Shown here: one piece after another, positions 49,047 through 62,924 of the stretch
Layout of the letters: each line of letters starts with the position of its first letter
Position numbering within the stretch: position 1 is the stretch's first letter
DNA from: Camelus ferus
Lineage: Eukaryota
DNA: 64,000 nt
Assembly: GCF_009834535.1 (NCBI RefSeq)
Contig: NC_045696.1
Coordinates: forward strand, 81,098,001 to 81,162,000
Direction: 5' to 3'
Position numbers and translations under genes: made by a program
The notes under the pieces: model-generated
Databases searched by the model: none
Told to the model about the DNA's origin: nothing
Seen by the model: the letters and a program-made list of their open reading frames with translations, nothing else

Positions 49047-49096
<50 letters not shown>
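49047..49096. repeat. (AT)25 microsatellite preceded by degenerate TA/TG repeats
   Basis: Direct reading. Confidence 0.97.
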
Positions 49097-49099
<3 letters not shown>

Positions 49100-51223
49100 T
49101 TGGGAATCTGGTTTTTAAAGCACTATTGTAAAATGGATAAATATTTAAATTTTTATTTGCCAGGAGGTACCCTTTTTTTTGGTGTCCACTCCAGGGGAAA
49201 ATTTCTGTCTTGCAAAAAGTGATTATTTTCTAAAGTGTCAACCCCCTACAATTAGACAGAATGCAGTCCATCCAAGTTGTTCACTTGACATTGATCCTGA
49301 CACAAGAAAGAAAGGTGTCTCAGCAGATGCTTTTAAATACTTTCAGTGAAGATAATTAGGTTGGAAGATTGTGTTATTGCATTTTGAGAAACTGGATTTA
49401 ACCTGTGAATTAATGTAGCTAATGATTTCTGCTCTGGTTTAGGTAGAGAATTACTTCTGATTGGCTGTCATTCTGGAGGAGCAACTCTGTACTATGCTAT
49501 TGGTTTTACGGTGCCGTCCTTTGTCCTGTGTTTCCCACCTGTAGAGTATACATTTGTACGGTGGACTGTACACTCTTTTGCAAGCCAGGATAACAAAGAG
49601 ATAAGGATTCTCAATTAAGGATGAAAATGTTTGGAAAATCCAGAATTAGCCCTAATTTCTTGTCACCTGGGGAAAAAAAAAGAAAAGGAAACAAATGGCA
49701 AGAGGAAGGAAATTTACCAAGTACGTTGTTTGACATCGTTGCTGTATAAAGGGTGCCATTCTCTTAGTGGTTGGTACAGAATTTCGGCACCTCTCGAGCT
49801 GAGGGGAGACTGCAGAGTTGGCCTTGGAGATCACATTTTGGGACTTGGTCTCTTTGGTCAGCCCTATGCCTGTTCTGTGGCACCGCAGCTTATCTGTGCA
49901 TTACTCAAGTGAGAGTGTTAGAAATGCTGTGGGGCCTTGGACTGATTTATCTAAAGAATTAAACCTCCCTACCGAGTGAAGGGTTTGGTTTCTAGGTAAC
50001 CCAAATGCTATTAAGTGGCACTCTCTCATGAACAGAGACAGCTGGGTTTCTTGAGCCGCTAACCCAGTCTTGCTGTTACTCTGAGCTCTGAAGGATTGAA
50101 GCGTAATAAAACAGCAACATCTGAACTCAAGTATACATGAACCTAAAGAGGGAAAATTACGAAGTGACTGTCCACATTGTAGGTTATATTTAACCATTAT
50201 GGAATCGGTATATTTCTAAAATACTGTAGACATAACTAGAAACTTTACAGCCTGAGAAACAGATTTCTATGAAAAAATTCTGATAAATGCTTTCTTTACA
50301 TTAACTATTAAACCTTTGACTTTAATGTTTTGTTAACTCCAGCTTTTGTCATTCCTGGATTTTGTAAAATGAGGTGTAATTTTGTGAACAATTATATGGA
50401 TGTAGCCTTTGTTTTCTTGAAGGATTCTCGTTTCTTGTAATGAGTTGTCCCAAGAGAGTCATAATTTTATTCACAAGTAGTTTTTAAGAAACATACTTAA
50501 TTCAATAGACAAAAAGTAGATGTATATATTAAGAGAATATTTCTGGAAGCATATAAGCCACATACATCTAGATGTGGAAATATATTTTATATAAAGGTCA
50601 ATTAGTAATGTTTAGCTTTTCCAAGTTGCTTCTAGTCTTACTCCCAAGTCTAGCTTGGTCTGTCTGTCCTTGGTTAGATTTGTTTACCTCTAGCATTTTG
50701 GTCCCACGTGGTCAAGTGACAGTTCAGTGTCTGTTTTTCACTTTATTTACTGGAAAGAATACATAAATAGTGAACAGAAGAGATTCTATGTCAGGATTTT
50801 TAATGAGGAAATCATCTTCCTGGTGCCATGGCTCCCAACAAAAATAAACCAACAAAAGGCCACATACCTATTTGCTGAAGGCTTTGACTATTTATTGGCA
50901 TGCCACCTATTAGGACCTAATGGAATCTAGACACATTTTTGTTAAAATAGAGTAATTATTTTAATAGGTGGAAATAATTGTTTAATGTTTACTGCTAAAA
51001 CACCACTAAATCTTAGCCATAGATTTCAGAAATGAACGTTAGTCTATTCTGTTTCTTAATTTGCCTTTTTGAAATATGTGTTGGTCATTGTAGTGATGGA
51101 GACATACTTTATTCCAGAGTGACAGTGTAAACCAAGAATATGGTGAATTACTCAGGTTTCTTTTAAAAACTCCTTGAGGCTGTAAAATATGAAGAGGGCA
51201 TGTTGGTGGTTATAGTGCTTGTT

Positions 51224-51290
51224 GAGAGAGAGTGAGAGAGAGCACTATGTCTTTGTGTTTGTGTGTGTGTGTGTATGTGTGTGTGTGTGT
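51224..51290. repeat. Compound (GA)n and (TG)n microsatellite
   Basis: gagagagagtgagagag...gtgtgtgtgtgtgtatgtgtgtgtgtgtgt. Confidence 0.9.
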
Positions 51291-51291
51291 T

Positions 51292-51705
51292 TTCAGAGGG
51301 TTGCAAAAGTCCTCATAGGTCATCTAGTCCAATCATTCCTCTGCCACCTGTCTGTTCAGCCCCCTCCTTGATCACCTCTGGTCATGTGGAACTCATCACC
51401 TCCCAGTCAGTACATTTTCTTGCAACTCTCTGAATGTTCATTTTCATATTGAACCAAGATTCTGCCTTCCTGAAATGTTTACCACTTCAAGCTCGTTCCA
51501 CACCCTCAGGGCTATTTAAAAAAATAAATTGTCTTCTTCCACAAGAACATAGTCCTTCAGATGTTTGAAGACGACCTCTCCCTCCTTCCCCCAAACACAG
51601 ACTTGTGTCTCCTGGTCTCCAGGCAATATAACCTCAGTTACTTAGTTCTTCATAGGACAGAGACTTGAGGCCCTTTATCACCCTGGGTTCTGTCCTGAAA
51701 CTATT
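51292..51705 (-). mobile_element. CR1/L3 LINE 3' fragment
   Basis: aggtcatctagtccaa...aactcatcacctccc...catattgaacc...tctgccttcctg...tcttcttccaca...ccttcagatgtttgaagac...ctccaggc...ttcttcatagg...atcaccctgg. Confidence 0.8.
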
Positions 51706-52502
51706 CTAATGTATTAATGAAAATAATATTTAATACTTCTAAATAACTTTCTATGTCATGAAACATGTTGTATATATTGTTTGATTTCTGGTTTAATTCC
51801 TATGTAATTTCATGAGAACCTTGTTCTCAGCTCAGGGTCCTTATATGTGATGCCAGCCAGTTTTGACATACTCCTTCCAAGATTTGACTTTTGCTCTTTT
51901 TACTTGACATACTTGTGATCACAGTTTCAGGTTGTTTCTAAGTAATTCAACTCGAGACCTGAGAATCCATATTGGTCAAAACTGACCTGGTATGGAGCGA
52001 GGAAATCTGAGCCTGTTGCATGATATTTCCTTTATTGGGATCTCTTAATAAACCTGTGTAAGTAAGTCAAGGCATTTTAATAGTAAGCTTATTAGTAGTC
52101 TTGATATGAAGGTGATTCTGTGACATGCAGTGCAGCTTTTCATAGTCTGTTCTAGTGAATAGTGAATTATCCTATTCACTTCTTGTTTGGTAAGGAGTGA
52201 ATATGGGAGAATGTTGAGTTTCTTAGATAATAGTGGCATTTTTTTTAAACAGGAATTTCCAATAGAAAGAATACACTCTGTTGAGTGCCAATGAAAAAAG
52301 CCCTGTGCTTTGTGTGGGAAGAACGCAGAGCAGCCGAGGGGATTCCTACTAAGAAGTGTGCAATTAGATTAACTAGTTAGGACTCCAGTGCTTACTGTGT
52401 GCTGAGGCTTTTCATATATGTTGTCTGAGTTACTCCTCATGATTGTATAGGGGAGGAAGCTCACGCACATTATTATGATTATTAAACAGTATCACTTCAA
52501 GG

Positions 52503-52716
52503 CAGAATTTCTCAGCCTTGGCACTGTTGCCATTGGAGTCGGAGAGCTCTTTGTTGCTCTGGAAGACTGCCCTGTGCCTTGTAGGATGTTTAGCAGCATC
52601 CTTGGCCTCTACTCTTGAGAAGCCAGTAGCACTCCAAAGTCCTGACCATTGGAAATGTCTCCAGACATTGCCAGATGTCCCCTGGGGGGCAAAATTGTCC
52701 CCAGTTGAGAACCACT
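52503..52716. mobile_element. hAT-Charlie MITE MER20
   Basis: ttctcagccttggcactgttg...tgtaggatgtttagcagcatcc...aaatgtctccagacattgccagatgtcccctgggggg caaaattgtccccagttgagaaccact. Confidence 0.92.
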
Positions 52717-52929
52717 TCTCTGAGGAGAAGACAAAATAGCAAAACTCTTAAAACTAATGTGCAAACAGAGACCTGTGGGAGTGTCGAATATGCCCAGACA
52801 GAATGGGGACCTGAATGGACTGTGGGCAGAATATTTGGGAAAAGTTTAGGGGCCTTGGCATCTGCACATCTTAGGGTATAATTTAACATCTTCATAAGTG
52901 GGAAGGAGTGCAATGAAAAGGACTTTGCA

Positions 52930-53120
52930 GCAGGACTGAGCTGGCTTCCCAGTCTGGTGCTGCCTCTTTCTAGTTGTGTGAGCATGGCCAACTTACTTTC
53001 TGAGCCTAGATTTCCTCATCTTGTTAGTAATAGTACAGTGTAGGGTTGTTATGGAAACTAAAGTGTAATGTGTGTGGAAGCCCTCAGCCCAGTGCCTGAC
53101 ACATAGTAGGCACTCAGCAA
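52930..53120 (+). mobile_element. MIR SINE
   Basis: ctagttgtgtga...tctgagcctagatttcctcatc...tagggttgttatg...cagtgcctgacacatagtaggcactca. Confidence 0.85.
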
Positions 53121-53599
53121 CCTTTTCTTCTTCCTAAACACACGCTCCAAGGGGAGCCTGACTTACCAGTTCCTTCCATGGTCTTGGGTTTGCAGAAGAG
53201 TTTATGATGTGAGAGAAGCATTCATAGAAGATGAAGTCAGAAACACACATCTTTCTACATCAATTTCTATCTTTGATTTCTTGGAATTTATGTGTGCTCA
53301 GAATTGCATTATTTATATTAAATCCAATTTTCATATGGCATTTGATGATACAATTTCCATTTAGATACTGTAGTTGGTCTTTAATATTTAAGAAAAGCCA
53401 GTTTCTCAATAATTTGTAAAAATGAGATACATTATTAAAGAAAATAAGAAGAATTGGGTGTAGCACTCTTAGACTTTAGTGAAGTGAGAGTGATTTTTAA
53501 AATACTATCTATTTTACAAATTTGGGGGAAGAATCAACATTATTTCCTCTTAAGGTAGTACAGGATGTAAGGAGAGAGCCCTGATGGTGAGATTTGTAT

Positions 53600-53825
53600 G
53601 GTGAGTGGGGAGGTAAGAGCCTCACTTAGGAGTCGAGGACCTGTCTTTATGGGTTTGGTTCTACCTCTCACCTGCTGTAGCTTTGAGTTTGCCGTAGCAC
53701 CATTTAGAGCTTCAGCTTTTCTCATCTGTAAAGTGAGAGTAAAAACACCTTTCCTGGTGTACCCCATCAGGTTCCTGTGAGGTTGAAATGAATCCAGGAC
53801 TGCAGAAGTATTTTGTTAAATTTAA
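53600..53825 (+). mobile_element. MIR SINE
   Basis: gagcttcagcttttctcatctgtaaagtgag...tgtgaggttgaaatga. Confidence 0.7.
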
Positions 53826-54099
53826 ACTACTGTGTGCCCTAGGGAGGTGGCAGAGTCCTGGAGACCGGGGACTAGGGAAGTTATGTTTCTATGTTGCCCT
53901 TTCTCTTCTTCACCCCTATGCCCATTATCAAGTCCCTGAGATTCCCCTCTGGGTGGCCTGACTCCAGCTACAGATTGATTCTTGCACCCCTTCAGTTTTG
54001 TGATCTTCAGGCAAACAGGGTCACTGGATTGAGTGGAGGTCTCTCTGGCTTTGCCTTTGCCTGATCTTTGCTTCATTGACATTTATTAGCTAGTTGGTC

Positions 54100-54335
54100 A
54101 CATTTCCCAAAGTGTATTCAGTGGAACTCCAAGATCAGTGCTGTGAAAAAAGAGTAGGGAGACTAAAAAAGTTGCAAAGTGCTCCTAACCATCCCTTTCT
54201 CTTGAACATTAGCTTTTATATTACTTTGTTTTACTCAGTATTTTCCCAATTTATTTAACTGTGGAATCTCCCCTTACCTCTCCCCACCCAAGTGACCCCT
54301 ATTAATGCCTCTTGGAACAATTCCATAGAACACAG
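54100..54335. mobile_element. hAT-Charlie (MER103C-like) remnant
   Basis: catttcccaaagtgtattcagtggaac...tttcccaatttatttaactgtggaa...ttccatagaacac. Confidence 0.55.
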
Positions 54336-54593
54336 AAAATCTGGATGGCTTACATCCTGGTACCATAGCTGAGTGTTCTTTGCATCTAATTTGGCTCAAG
54401 ACCATGCCACCTCATGCTGTGACCCATAGGGTGTCAGGCATTAGATGGCTGCGGTGTAAGCACAGAGGGAAGACCTTTGTGAGCGCCCATCTGCCACGTG
54501 CAAAAGAAGGTGGCTTTCTCTGCTGGGTGGCGAGACCTCCAGAATTGCTACCAAGACTTGCCACAGCGAACTTTGTAGGATTTCTTATTGCTA

Positions 54594-54772
54594 CTAGCGG
54601 TTCTCAGCCCTCACTGTTTATGGAAATCATCGGGAGAGCTTTGAAAAACTAAACATATCTGGGCCCTTCTGTGGAAATTTGGTTTTAGTGGGTCTGGGTG
54701 TACAGCTGGGAAAGCTGGCTTCCAGAACTTCCCAGATGGCTTTTAATGTGAAGCCAGAATTGAGATCCACTG
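54594..54772. mobile_element. hAT-Charlie MITE MER5-like
   Basis: agcggttctcag...atcatcgggagagctttgaaaaa...tagtgggtctggg...ttcccagatgg...taatgtgaagccagaattgagatccactg. Confidence 0.75.
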
Positions 54773-55999
54773 GGCTAAGGTATTTTGCCTTTCAGGTGAC
54801 ATAAAGGCTCTTTCAGTGTCTTTGTCCTTGTGAAGTCTCTACCACTCTTATCTCTATCCTGGAGTTTTCTTTACCTCATTTATTCATTTATTCAGCATCA
54901 GCCTTTATAATAAACACCTCTTATCAGCTTGACACCTGTACACCCACCTTTCATTACAAGTGTTTAGACAGCTTTAGCTCAGAATTCTTCCCTTCCATCT
55001 CGTATCAGTAAATTTCCAAATAACTTGATGCACAGCACCCTGATGGCTTGTAGGTTTTAGACCTTATAACATCCCTAATGACTTGGTGATTATAAGGCAG
55101 TCTCAAGTAATTAAATGATCAATAGTTATGGTGTAATTACCATTATTTGGGGGTTACTAGTAACCTGTGAAATGAAACCCCAAGAGGATTACAGGCACAG
55201 AATTTAGGGCCATGCACAGTTTCAACTATTTTGTGCATGGGAAACATTTGAGACGCTCTTAAAAAGAATCACCAATTAATTATGGCCCTAGATTGAATTT
55301 CTTATCTCTGTGGTTTAACTTCAAATACAATTTTATTAAGTTCACTTGGATATTTTGCATGTGCAAAAATAAATCTCTGCTGTGTGACAAGCAAATATGC
55401 ACTCTCTGCTAAGGAGGAGCCCTGCTTAGTAGTGAGGATCCAGAATGGGGGAACGAAGCCTTGCCCAGGCCTCCAAATGGGGCCAAGTACCACCTCTGCT
55501 GCCCAGTGCTGTGGCCTTGGGCATTGCTTCTGATTTGGGGCCTGTTGCTTCCTTTCCAAGGCAATGCACAGAACTGCAGTCTTTTTTGTTCCCATCTCCG
55601 ACAAAGGAAGACAGGGTAGCAGCTGGCTCACTGAGAACTCTTAATAAACACAAAAGAGCAACCATAATAGTAATGATAATAACAAGATGATCTTTCTAGA
55701 CTGCGGGGAAGAGTTCGGAACTAAATTATGTGAAGAGCTCAGTGTCCTTTGGGGGAAGGTGCTCTACTGTTTTAGAAAACTTGCCCGTGATTACATAATA
55801 GAGCCTGCCAGGACACACCGTCTCTGGCAGGCCACTAGCAAGTTCCAGACGATGCTTTTCTTTAGAGTATTTCTTGAGAAATTAAATTTTGGCCTGTGCA
55901 TCACATTCAAAATGCAGCATGAGGCTCCTAGCTGAATTTACAAGGAGTCTTACTGCTTTTTAGATTTGTCTCTGTCTCTTCCCTGCCCTCCCCCTCTCT

Positions 56000-56175
56000 C
56001 TAATTGTGGTAAATTATGCATACCATAAAATACTATGCAGCAGCATTCAGTCCATTCACATCGACGTGCAGCCATCAAATCCAGAACTGTTCTATCATCC
56101 CAAACTGAAACTCTGTACTCATTAAACAATCACTCTGTATTCTCACTCCCTCTCCTCCCCACCCAGCCCCTGGTC
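56000..56175 (-). mobile_element. Old L1 3' end (L1MB-like)
   Basis: taattgtggtaaa...cattcacat...tgcagccatc...ccagaact...catcccaaactgaaactctgtactcattaaacaat...cccagcccctgg. Confidence 0.85.
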
Positions 56176-57529
56176 TTTCAATAAAAAATATTCCCAGTAA
56201 AGTTAGTTGTTGATATGATTTTTTTCCTGGATAGTTTCTTGTAATACCGGGTCTCCAGCTAGCCCAGAAGGGTCTGTGTGTCCAAGTGTCGGTCTTCCTC
56301 GGGGTGACTCAGCGGCCCGCTGTACCTCCAGGTGGCTGACCTCCCCGCACCTGGAGGGCTGTATCTTGTTCTAAGAAGCTTAAACCCACTGAAACCCTTG
56401 ATTTTTTTTTTCTACCCTGTTTATATCTAAATAAAACAGTCCTCTTCAGGTAGAGGTAGATGTCAGTAAAAAAATGTGCATGCAATTTTGTTTGAATCCT
56501 AAAAGAGTGTGGTTAATGTTTTCTCTATTAAATGTTCTGGGCTGTGATTATTTTTAGTACAATTTTATAAATGAGACTCTACCTTTAAATGTATCAACTG
56601 TTTTCTTTTTTAGTAAGTAAATGTTTTGGGTTTTTTTTCCCCATAAGGAACTCCATTATTTCATACCAAAGCAGAATGTTCTGGAGGGAGGGTGGTGGGG
56701 TCTCCCTGAGGCAGTGCACTGCTCCCCTGAACTCCCTCACCCCCGACATCCATCCACAGAGCAGCCCCACACTTGGTCCCCAGGCCCGGATTCCTCCCTC
56801 CAGCCTTGTCTGTGGCTGACCCTGCCTCACCCAGTGTTCTGTGCTCTCACAGAGCTGGGTCCTTGTGCTCACCATCACTTTCTTCGCGCTGGCCACCCCG
56901 CATCCTTAACACTTGGCCCAGGCAGCAGCCCCTCTTCCCCACACCCTGGGACACGCTGACCTCGCCTCACAGCGCTGACATCACTGCTTTGTAATGTTCC
57001 GCCTGGCTGTTTCCACTCTAAGCTCTGAGCTCCCTGAGTTCCGGAACATTACCTTACTTTTTCTCTAGTGCCAATACAGAGTAGATTGTTTAAAATAGCA
57101 ATTACAAAAAATAATACACCACTTTTATGTTTTGCTGAGTTTGGAATGCCCTCTCTCAGTGGAATATGTGTCACATTTGTTTAATCTCAACTGTTTAAGC
57201 ATATTAATCAGGGAGACTGACACTAAGTATGGTATTTAATAATAACCCACAGCAGCTAAATAATGCGCTAAATAAAAACAGTGTCCACTTACCATGCAAT
57301 ATAACAGAAAAAAAATAGGATAAGTAAAATATGTTTTCCTTTTTTTCTAAAACGAGTTTCCTAGACGTGATTCTAAAAGTCTCCCAGTGGCTAAACCCAA
57401 GGAGCTATAGCCCATTTAAACTTGTAAGGACCCTGTTAACACATTTCTGGGAACGGAGATGGGTTTTCCTTCTACCATGTCTCTGGGACTCTGGACTTAA
57501 ACATCGATATTGACGGTTATAATAGTTTT

Positions 57530-57720
57530 TATAAGACCTCTATCTTCATTATTTCATTCGATCTTCACAATATCCCCACAAGTGAAACGGAAGGGTATGA
57601 TCATCTGTGTTTTAAAGTTAAAGAAGTTGAGGTCTCAGTTTATAAATGACTTTCCCAAGGTCACCAGGTAGGGGCTAGAGCCTGACTCGTGGTCAGTAGC
57701 CTAAATTCTCTCAGCTCCAC
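57530..57720 (-). mobile_element. MIR SINE
   Basis: atttcattcgatcttcacaa...aaatgactttcccaaggtcac. Confidence 0.7.
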
Positions 57721-58219
57721 ACACAAGTTTCCCAGGAGGAAATCTGGGAGAGGGGAAGACCCCCTAAAAGCTTGGCAGGGGTTGGTTTTGCCCTGCCCTG
57801 GCACTGCATGTTTGGAATTCAAGGAGATCCCTGATAAGTCTGAATGGGTAACATAAAGCAGGGTTGCGTAACTTGCTTCAGTATATAGTTGGTCTACTCT
57901 TTATATCCAAAACACTGAAGGGTGCTTGATGGCTGAGTAATTAACCACTGATTTCTTAGTAAGGGGTGACACTGTGTTTTTTATACAACCCACAAAATTG
58001 CTAATTGCCCAGAAAGATAAGACGGGAGTTCTTTTCCAACTACAGGAAGGAAGTGGCATGCCCTGGGCTTGTTGCATTTTACCACGTGAGATGCTGCTGT
58101 GCTGATCGTCTGAGGGAGCTGGTTGCTTCTTTTCTCTTGATTTGTTTTTGGTGGGAGGGGGTGGGAATAGCATATTTCTAGATTTCTTCAAAAATCAGCT
58201 CCAATAGCCAGGTGCATGA

Positions 58220-58245
58220 TTTTTTTTTTTTTTTTTTTTTTTTTT
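58220..58245. repeat. T26 homopolymer
   Basis: Direct reading. Confidence 0.95.
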
Positions 58246-60719
58246 GTCCCCCAAAGACTCTGCAATCAGACTGGAGCTTGATAAATGTTTGTTGAATTGA
58301 ATTGATTTATTCTCTCAGCTGCAGTTGTGTACTTTTGTGAGCAAATGGATGAATCTTCCTGCTCTGGAGACCATGCAAATATTTGCCAGGTGCATAATCT
58401 GTACTTTTCTCTATTCTGAGCAGAGGGAAGGCCAGTTAGCTGGAACCTGGTGTGGCACTGTGGCAAATCACTTACTCTTTGCTTTTCTATTTCCCCCTCT
58501 TAGTGGGGGCCTAGGATTGTGTGTTTGGGGTTGAGGATGAGGAGAGACAATAAAACAGAAGATGGAATGAAAGAATTTCTAGGTAATGTAATTGAGAGTG
58601 ATCTGGCTACAGTACCAAGATACAACCTATCAGCTGGATAATTCATCATGAATGCAAGTTGGACTCCCTGTGTAGAGACTCTTTATTTCTGTTTCCACTG
58701 AGGACCACACTATTCACTTTTTTTCCCTATAGATTTTGGGTATGTAGCACCCCATCCCCGGCCCAAGAACATCAGCAGTGCCTCTAAAGGCTATTATCAG
58801 ATGCCTTCAGTGACAAGTTGGACCTGCATTTATCTCATCTTTCTCTTTATATGTCAAGAGAGTGAGAGTCATTGAAAACACAGGGCGGTGTGTCTTTTTC
58901 TTTGGATGGAAGCAGAGTTGACGGTATATTCTCTTAAAAGGAGTTTCAAATTAGGCAGAATCTGATTTCCCCCAGCTAACCTTTCTGGGGATTTCATCAG
59001 AAGAGGAATGTTTTGTTACTTCAGTGTTTAGTACATTTTGTTCTACCGTTTTTGTACCCACTTATGCACGTTGAGAGATACTTCAGAACTTTCAAAACCT
59101 TTCATTCCCTGAAGAAACCTATCAGGGAAGCTAGTCCCCAGCACCGCTTCTCTCCCATGTGAATATGCCCGGCTGTGAGTGCTGAAAGGAGGTGCTTGGC
59201 ACCCAGACTTGATGGTCTGCAGCAGGATGGGGCTAGGGTAGGATGAGCAGATGACTAAGAGGACCCGTGGCTGCCCCCTTCCTTGGGTCTCCAGCTTATC
59301 TATTGTTCAGGACAAGACTTGCTTGAACAAGACTAATGACTACAGTTAATCATCTGAGTAAATATGTTCTGAATTTAAGGTGTGGCCAAGAAACCAGTGT
59401 TGGAGTGTTGGTAAGGGATAGGAAAAACACAAACTAGGGGGAATAAAAAACAACGTGTCTGCCAACAAAACCCCAAACAAAATAGTAACATCCAAAACAA
59501 AAAGCTCTTTGTTTGAACATTGTTTTCCAGTCCAGAAGCAGAGGAGATTTATGAATACCTGGTTCAGCTGATGAGTAATACCACGGTCAAGTGTGGTCTT
59601 TGAAGTTTGGCCTAAATACATCATGGTGTTTGTTCTTGTTCAAATGCATGCATTTGTGAATGTGTAAAAACAAGACAGGTACTGAGAGTGTTTCCTGTCA
59701 CACTCCACTCAGCACTTCCATCACCCCCAGCATTCTCCCGTCTGCTTTATCTGTGTTGAAGGGACTCCTTATTCTGTGCATTGGTCTCTAGGGAGCATCT
59801 TTGCTTTTCCAAGTCTGTGGTCCTCATGTTGTAATTCTAACAATAGAATCTGGAAATGAGTTGGGATTATGATAGCCATTTGCTGATTGAGAACATGGAC
59901 GTCCAGGGACTTCAATGACTTACTCAGAATCTTGCCTCTCAGGAAGGCCCTGGTTAAAGCCAAGAGCTTTTCTTTCCAGATTCCAGACCACTGCTCAGGG
60001 AGCTGACCAGCCTGGGGGCTATGAGTTTGTGGACACATGAGGTTTAACTAACTTCTCTGTGGCTGGTGTCTATTCCAGGGTAAATATGGGGGAGAAATCC
60101 CCTTTCACAGTTTGTGTTTTGGGTTAAAATAGAAGCAAAGTGCCTAGTTTTGAATATTAGTTAGAAAAAAGAGTAGATACACAAAGGTATATGTATCTGT
60201 TTGGTGTTGGTGTTGACTGAGTTCAGTGCTTTACTGGAACTAGATTTCTCCCTACGAAGGGGTAGCAGTTGAGGACAGCTTTTTTCCTGGTGGTACAGTG
60301 TCATCCTAAGATATAAATGTGACCTGAAAAGCTGATTTTGTTAGAATAATGGCACTTTATACTAGCACTCACTTTTGGGGGAATTTGGAGGGTGGTAGAT
60401 ATTTATTAAAGTTTTTTCCAGAATAAAAGTTGCAAGAAATAAAATTATCAGCTTTGCTCAGATGAAGGGCTGGAACATTTTGATGAAATGCCCAAAGCCT
60501 AGGAACTGACTTATAGGCAAGGCAGAGCCCTGCGGCCTGTGCGCCATGGAAGGTCACATCGAGGGAGAATGTTACCATCTTTCTAGACTTGAACCTTAGA
60601 GATGCATTCAGAACTCTTGGTAGTTTGCTAAAAAAAACAATTTCTTTTTATTTTTTAGCCTGGGTCCTCTCTTGTGGTCAGGAGTCTCATAGATGTAATA
60701 CATGCTTTATGTGGCAGTT

Positions 60720-61506
60720 CTTTTTTTTTTTTTAATTGAAATATAGTCAATGTATAAAGTTACGTTAGTTATGTTAGTTTCAGGTGTACTATACAATGCT
60801 TTGACATTTGCATACATTATGAAATGATCGCCACCGTAAGCCTAGTAGCCATCTATCCCCATAGAAAGTTATTACAGTATTATTGACCAAATTCCTTTTG
60901 CTGTATCCCTGTGACTTATTTATTATATAGGTGGAGATTTGGATCTCTTAATCCCCTTCACCTATCCCTCTTCTCCTTTCCCCTCTGGCAGCCACCCATT
61001 TCTTCTTTGTATCTATGAGTCTGTTTTTGTTTTTTCTCTTTAAGATTCCACATATAAGTGAGATCCTGTGGTATCTGTCTTTCTCTGAGTTATTTCACTT
61101 AACATAATACCCTTTAGGTCCATCCATGTTGTTGCAAATGGCAAGATTTCATTCTTCTTTATGGCTTATGTTGAACTGTATACCCCCCCCCCATATTTTT
61201 ATCTATCAGTAGGCACTTAGGTTGCTTCCATATCTTGGCTATTGTAAATAATGCTGCAGTGAGCATTGGGGTGCATATATCTTTTTGAATTAGTGTTTCT
61301 GTTTTCTTTGAGTAAATACCCAGAAGTGAAATTGGTGGATCATATGGCAGTCCTGTTTTTAATTTTTTGAGGAACCTCTATCTGTTTTTCATAATGGCTG
61401 TACCAATTTGCAATCCCACCAACAGTACATGAGCTCACCATCACTTACTGTCTTTTTGACGATAGCTATTCTGACAGGTGTGAGGTGGGATCTCACTGTG
61501 GTTTTA
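60720..61506 (-). mobile_element. L1 3' end (L1MA-like/laurasiatherian), about 790 bp
   Basis: Poly-T then aattgaaatatagt...tagtttcaggtgtac...agattccacatataagtgagatc...ccatccatgttgttgcaaatggcaagatttcattc...ttttgaggaacctc...ctgacaggtgtgaggtgg; possible degenerate TSD ending agttctt on both sides. Confidence 0.93.
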
Positions 61507-61639
61507 AGTAGAAGTTCTTGACTTTTATTGTGGTTTGTGTGTCCCTTTAAAGCTTGAAGATGGGTTTTGTTCTGTTGACAACAGAAGCAGTACTGGTAAG
61601 TAAACATATACGTGCAGTGTGTACATATATGTAGTACTT

Positions 61640-61805
61640 ATGCCTATTATAGGGAAGGCTCGGTTCCACAGTGTCATGAGGTAGACACTTACCACTTATC
61701 ATCCCTGCTCTTCAGATGAAGAGTCCGACCTTAGAAGGTTTGATGTGCTCTAGGCCACTCTGACCGCTGGAAGTTGAACGCACCTACAACTTTTTGACAT
61801 CAAAG
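61640..61805 (-). mobile_element. MIR fragment
   Basis: atgaggtagacact...ttatcatccc...cagatgaagag...agaaggtt. Confidence 0.55.
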
Positions 61806-62924
61806 ACTTGAGCAGATGGAATTCACTGGAAGAATGAAAGCATAGTGGGGCTGAGTGTGCCACTCAAGCATTCAGTGATCCAACCTTTAATTTAAAAATT
61901 TTTGGTTTAACTGAGAACTACTGTTCCTAGTTCTTAGGGTCCCTTTTAAAGTGGGGGGGTAACACTGACAAGCCATTTTTCCTTCAGCCTTGTTTACAAA
62001 CTTTATTTCTCCTCTTTGATCATTCTTAAAAGGTTAAAGAGAGTTACCCTGCTGCTTACGAGTGACCTAGAAATTCTGCTGATATGTGGAAATAAGTGTT
62101 CTTTAAAATATCCCACTTAAGAGGTAGGTTAACTTAATGGTAGAAACCCATCCAAAATATATTACCGGTCTAGAAGTTTCTTTGGCTTGAATCAATCAAG
62201 TAACTGTGACACCACTTCTGCATTTCTAAATACATTAAAACCACAGTCATTTTCAGAGAGGAGATTTGGACTGAATTTAACCTTTTAAAGTGTCTTAGAA
62301 GAAAGAATTTACCAAATTGTTTAAGAGCATAAACATAAGTTTAAGAAGTTTGTTGAAAAACCTCTGTCCTTAAGTACCCTCAGGTACCATAAAACTGCTG
62401 TTTATTTATTCCTATTGATATGCTAATCACAAGTTGTTCTTCGATATTAAAGCATTTCCTCCAAGGAATTTGTACTGCATGTACTTGGTTCATTTCACTA
62501 TAGAGTAAAATAGCTCTTTATTTACACAGTGGTACCAACACTCTAGAGAAGCTAACTGAGCATTAAACACATCTATGTCAAGGATTCGCCATTTTGGAGA
62601 ATTTGAGATCATTCATTGCTAACTCTTTGGATCATTGGACACTGGAGAACACATGGCTCAGTGACAGGCGGGATGCCTTTAACTTCACGTGTGGGATAAT
62701 GGTCTTCCTCCCTGTCTGGAGTGAGATAACCTTGTGGAGTCTGAAAGCTTAAAAGGGGAATATTTCTAAGTATTGTCTAGAGTTTTTAATGCCACATGAA
62801 GATAATGGGAATTTATAAATCACTATAGATTTGAACACAGGGTGGACCTTCCAAAAATTCAAACAAATTTTTATTTTTTAAATTTTTTTTACATTTGTCT
62901 ATTAATTGCTGTTCCAGATGCAGT

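Noticed and set aside
48959..49222. ORF with a YIYIYI run
   Set aside because: Artefact of the (AT)n microsatellite.
61389..61607. ORF containing TTVRSHLTPVRIAIVKKT...CWWDCKLVQPL
   Set aside because: This is a real L1 ORF2 C-terminal remnant inside the truncated L1, not a host gene.
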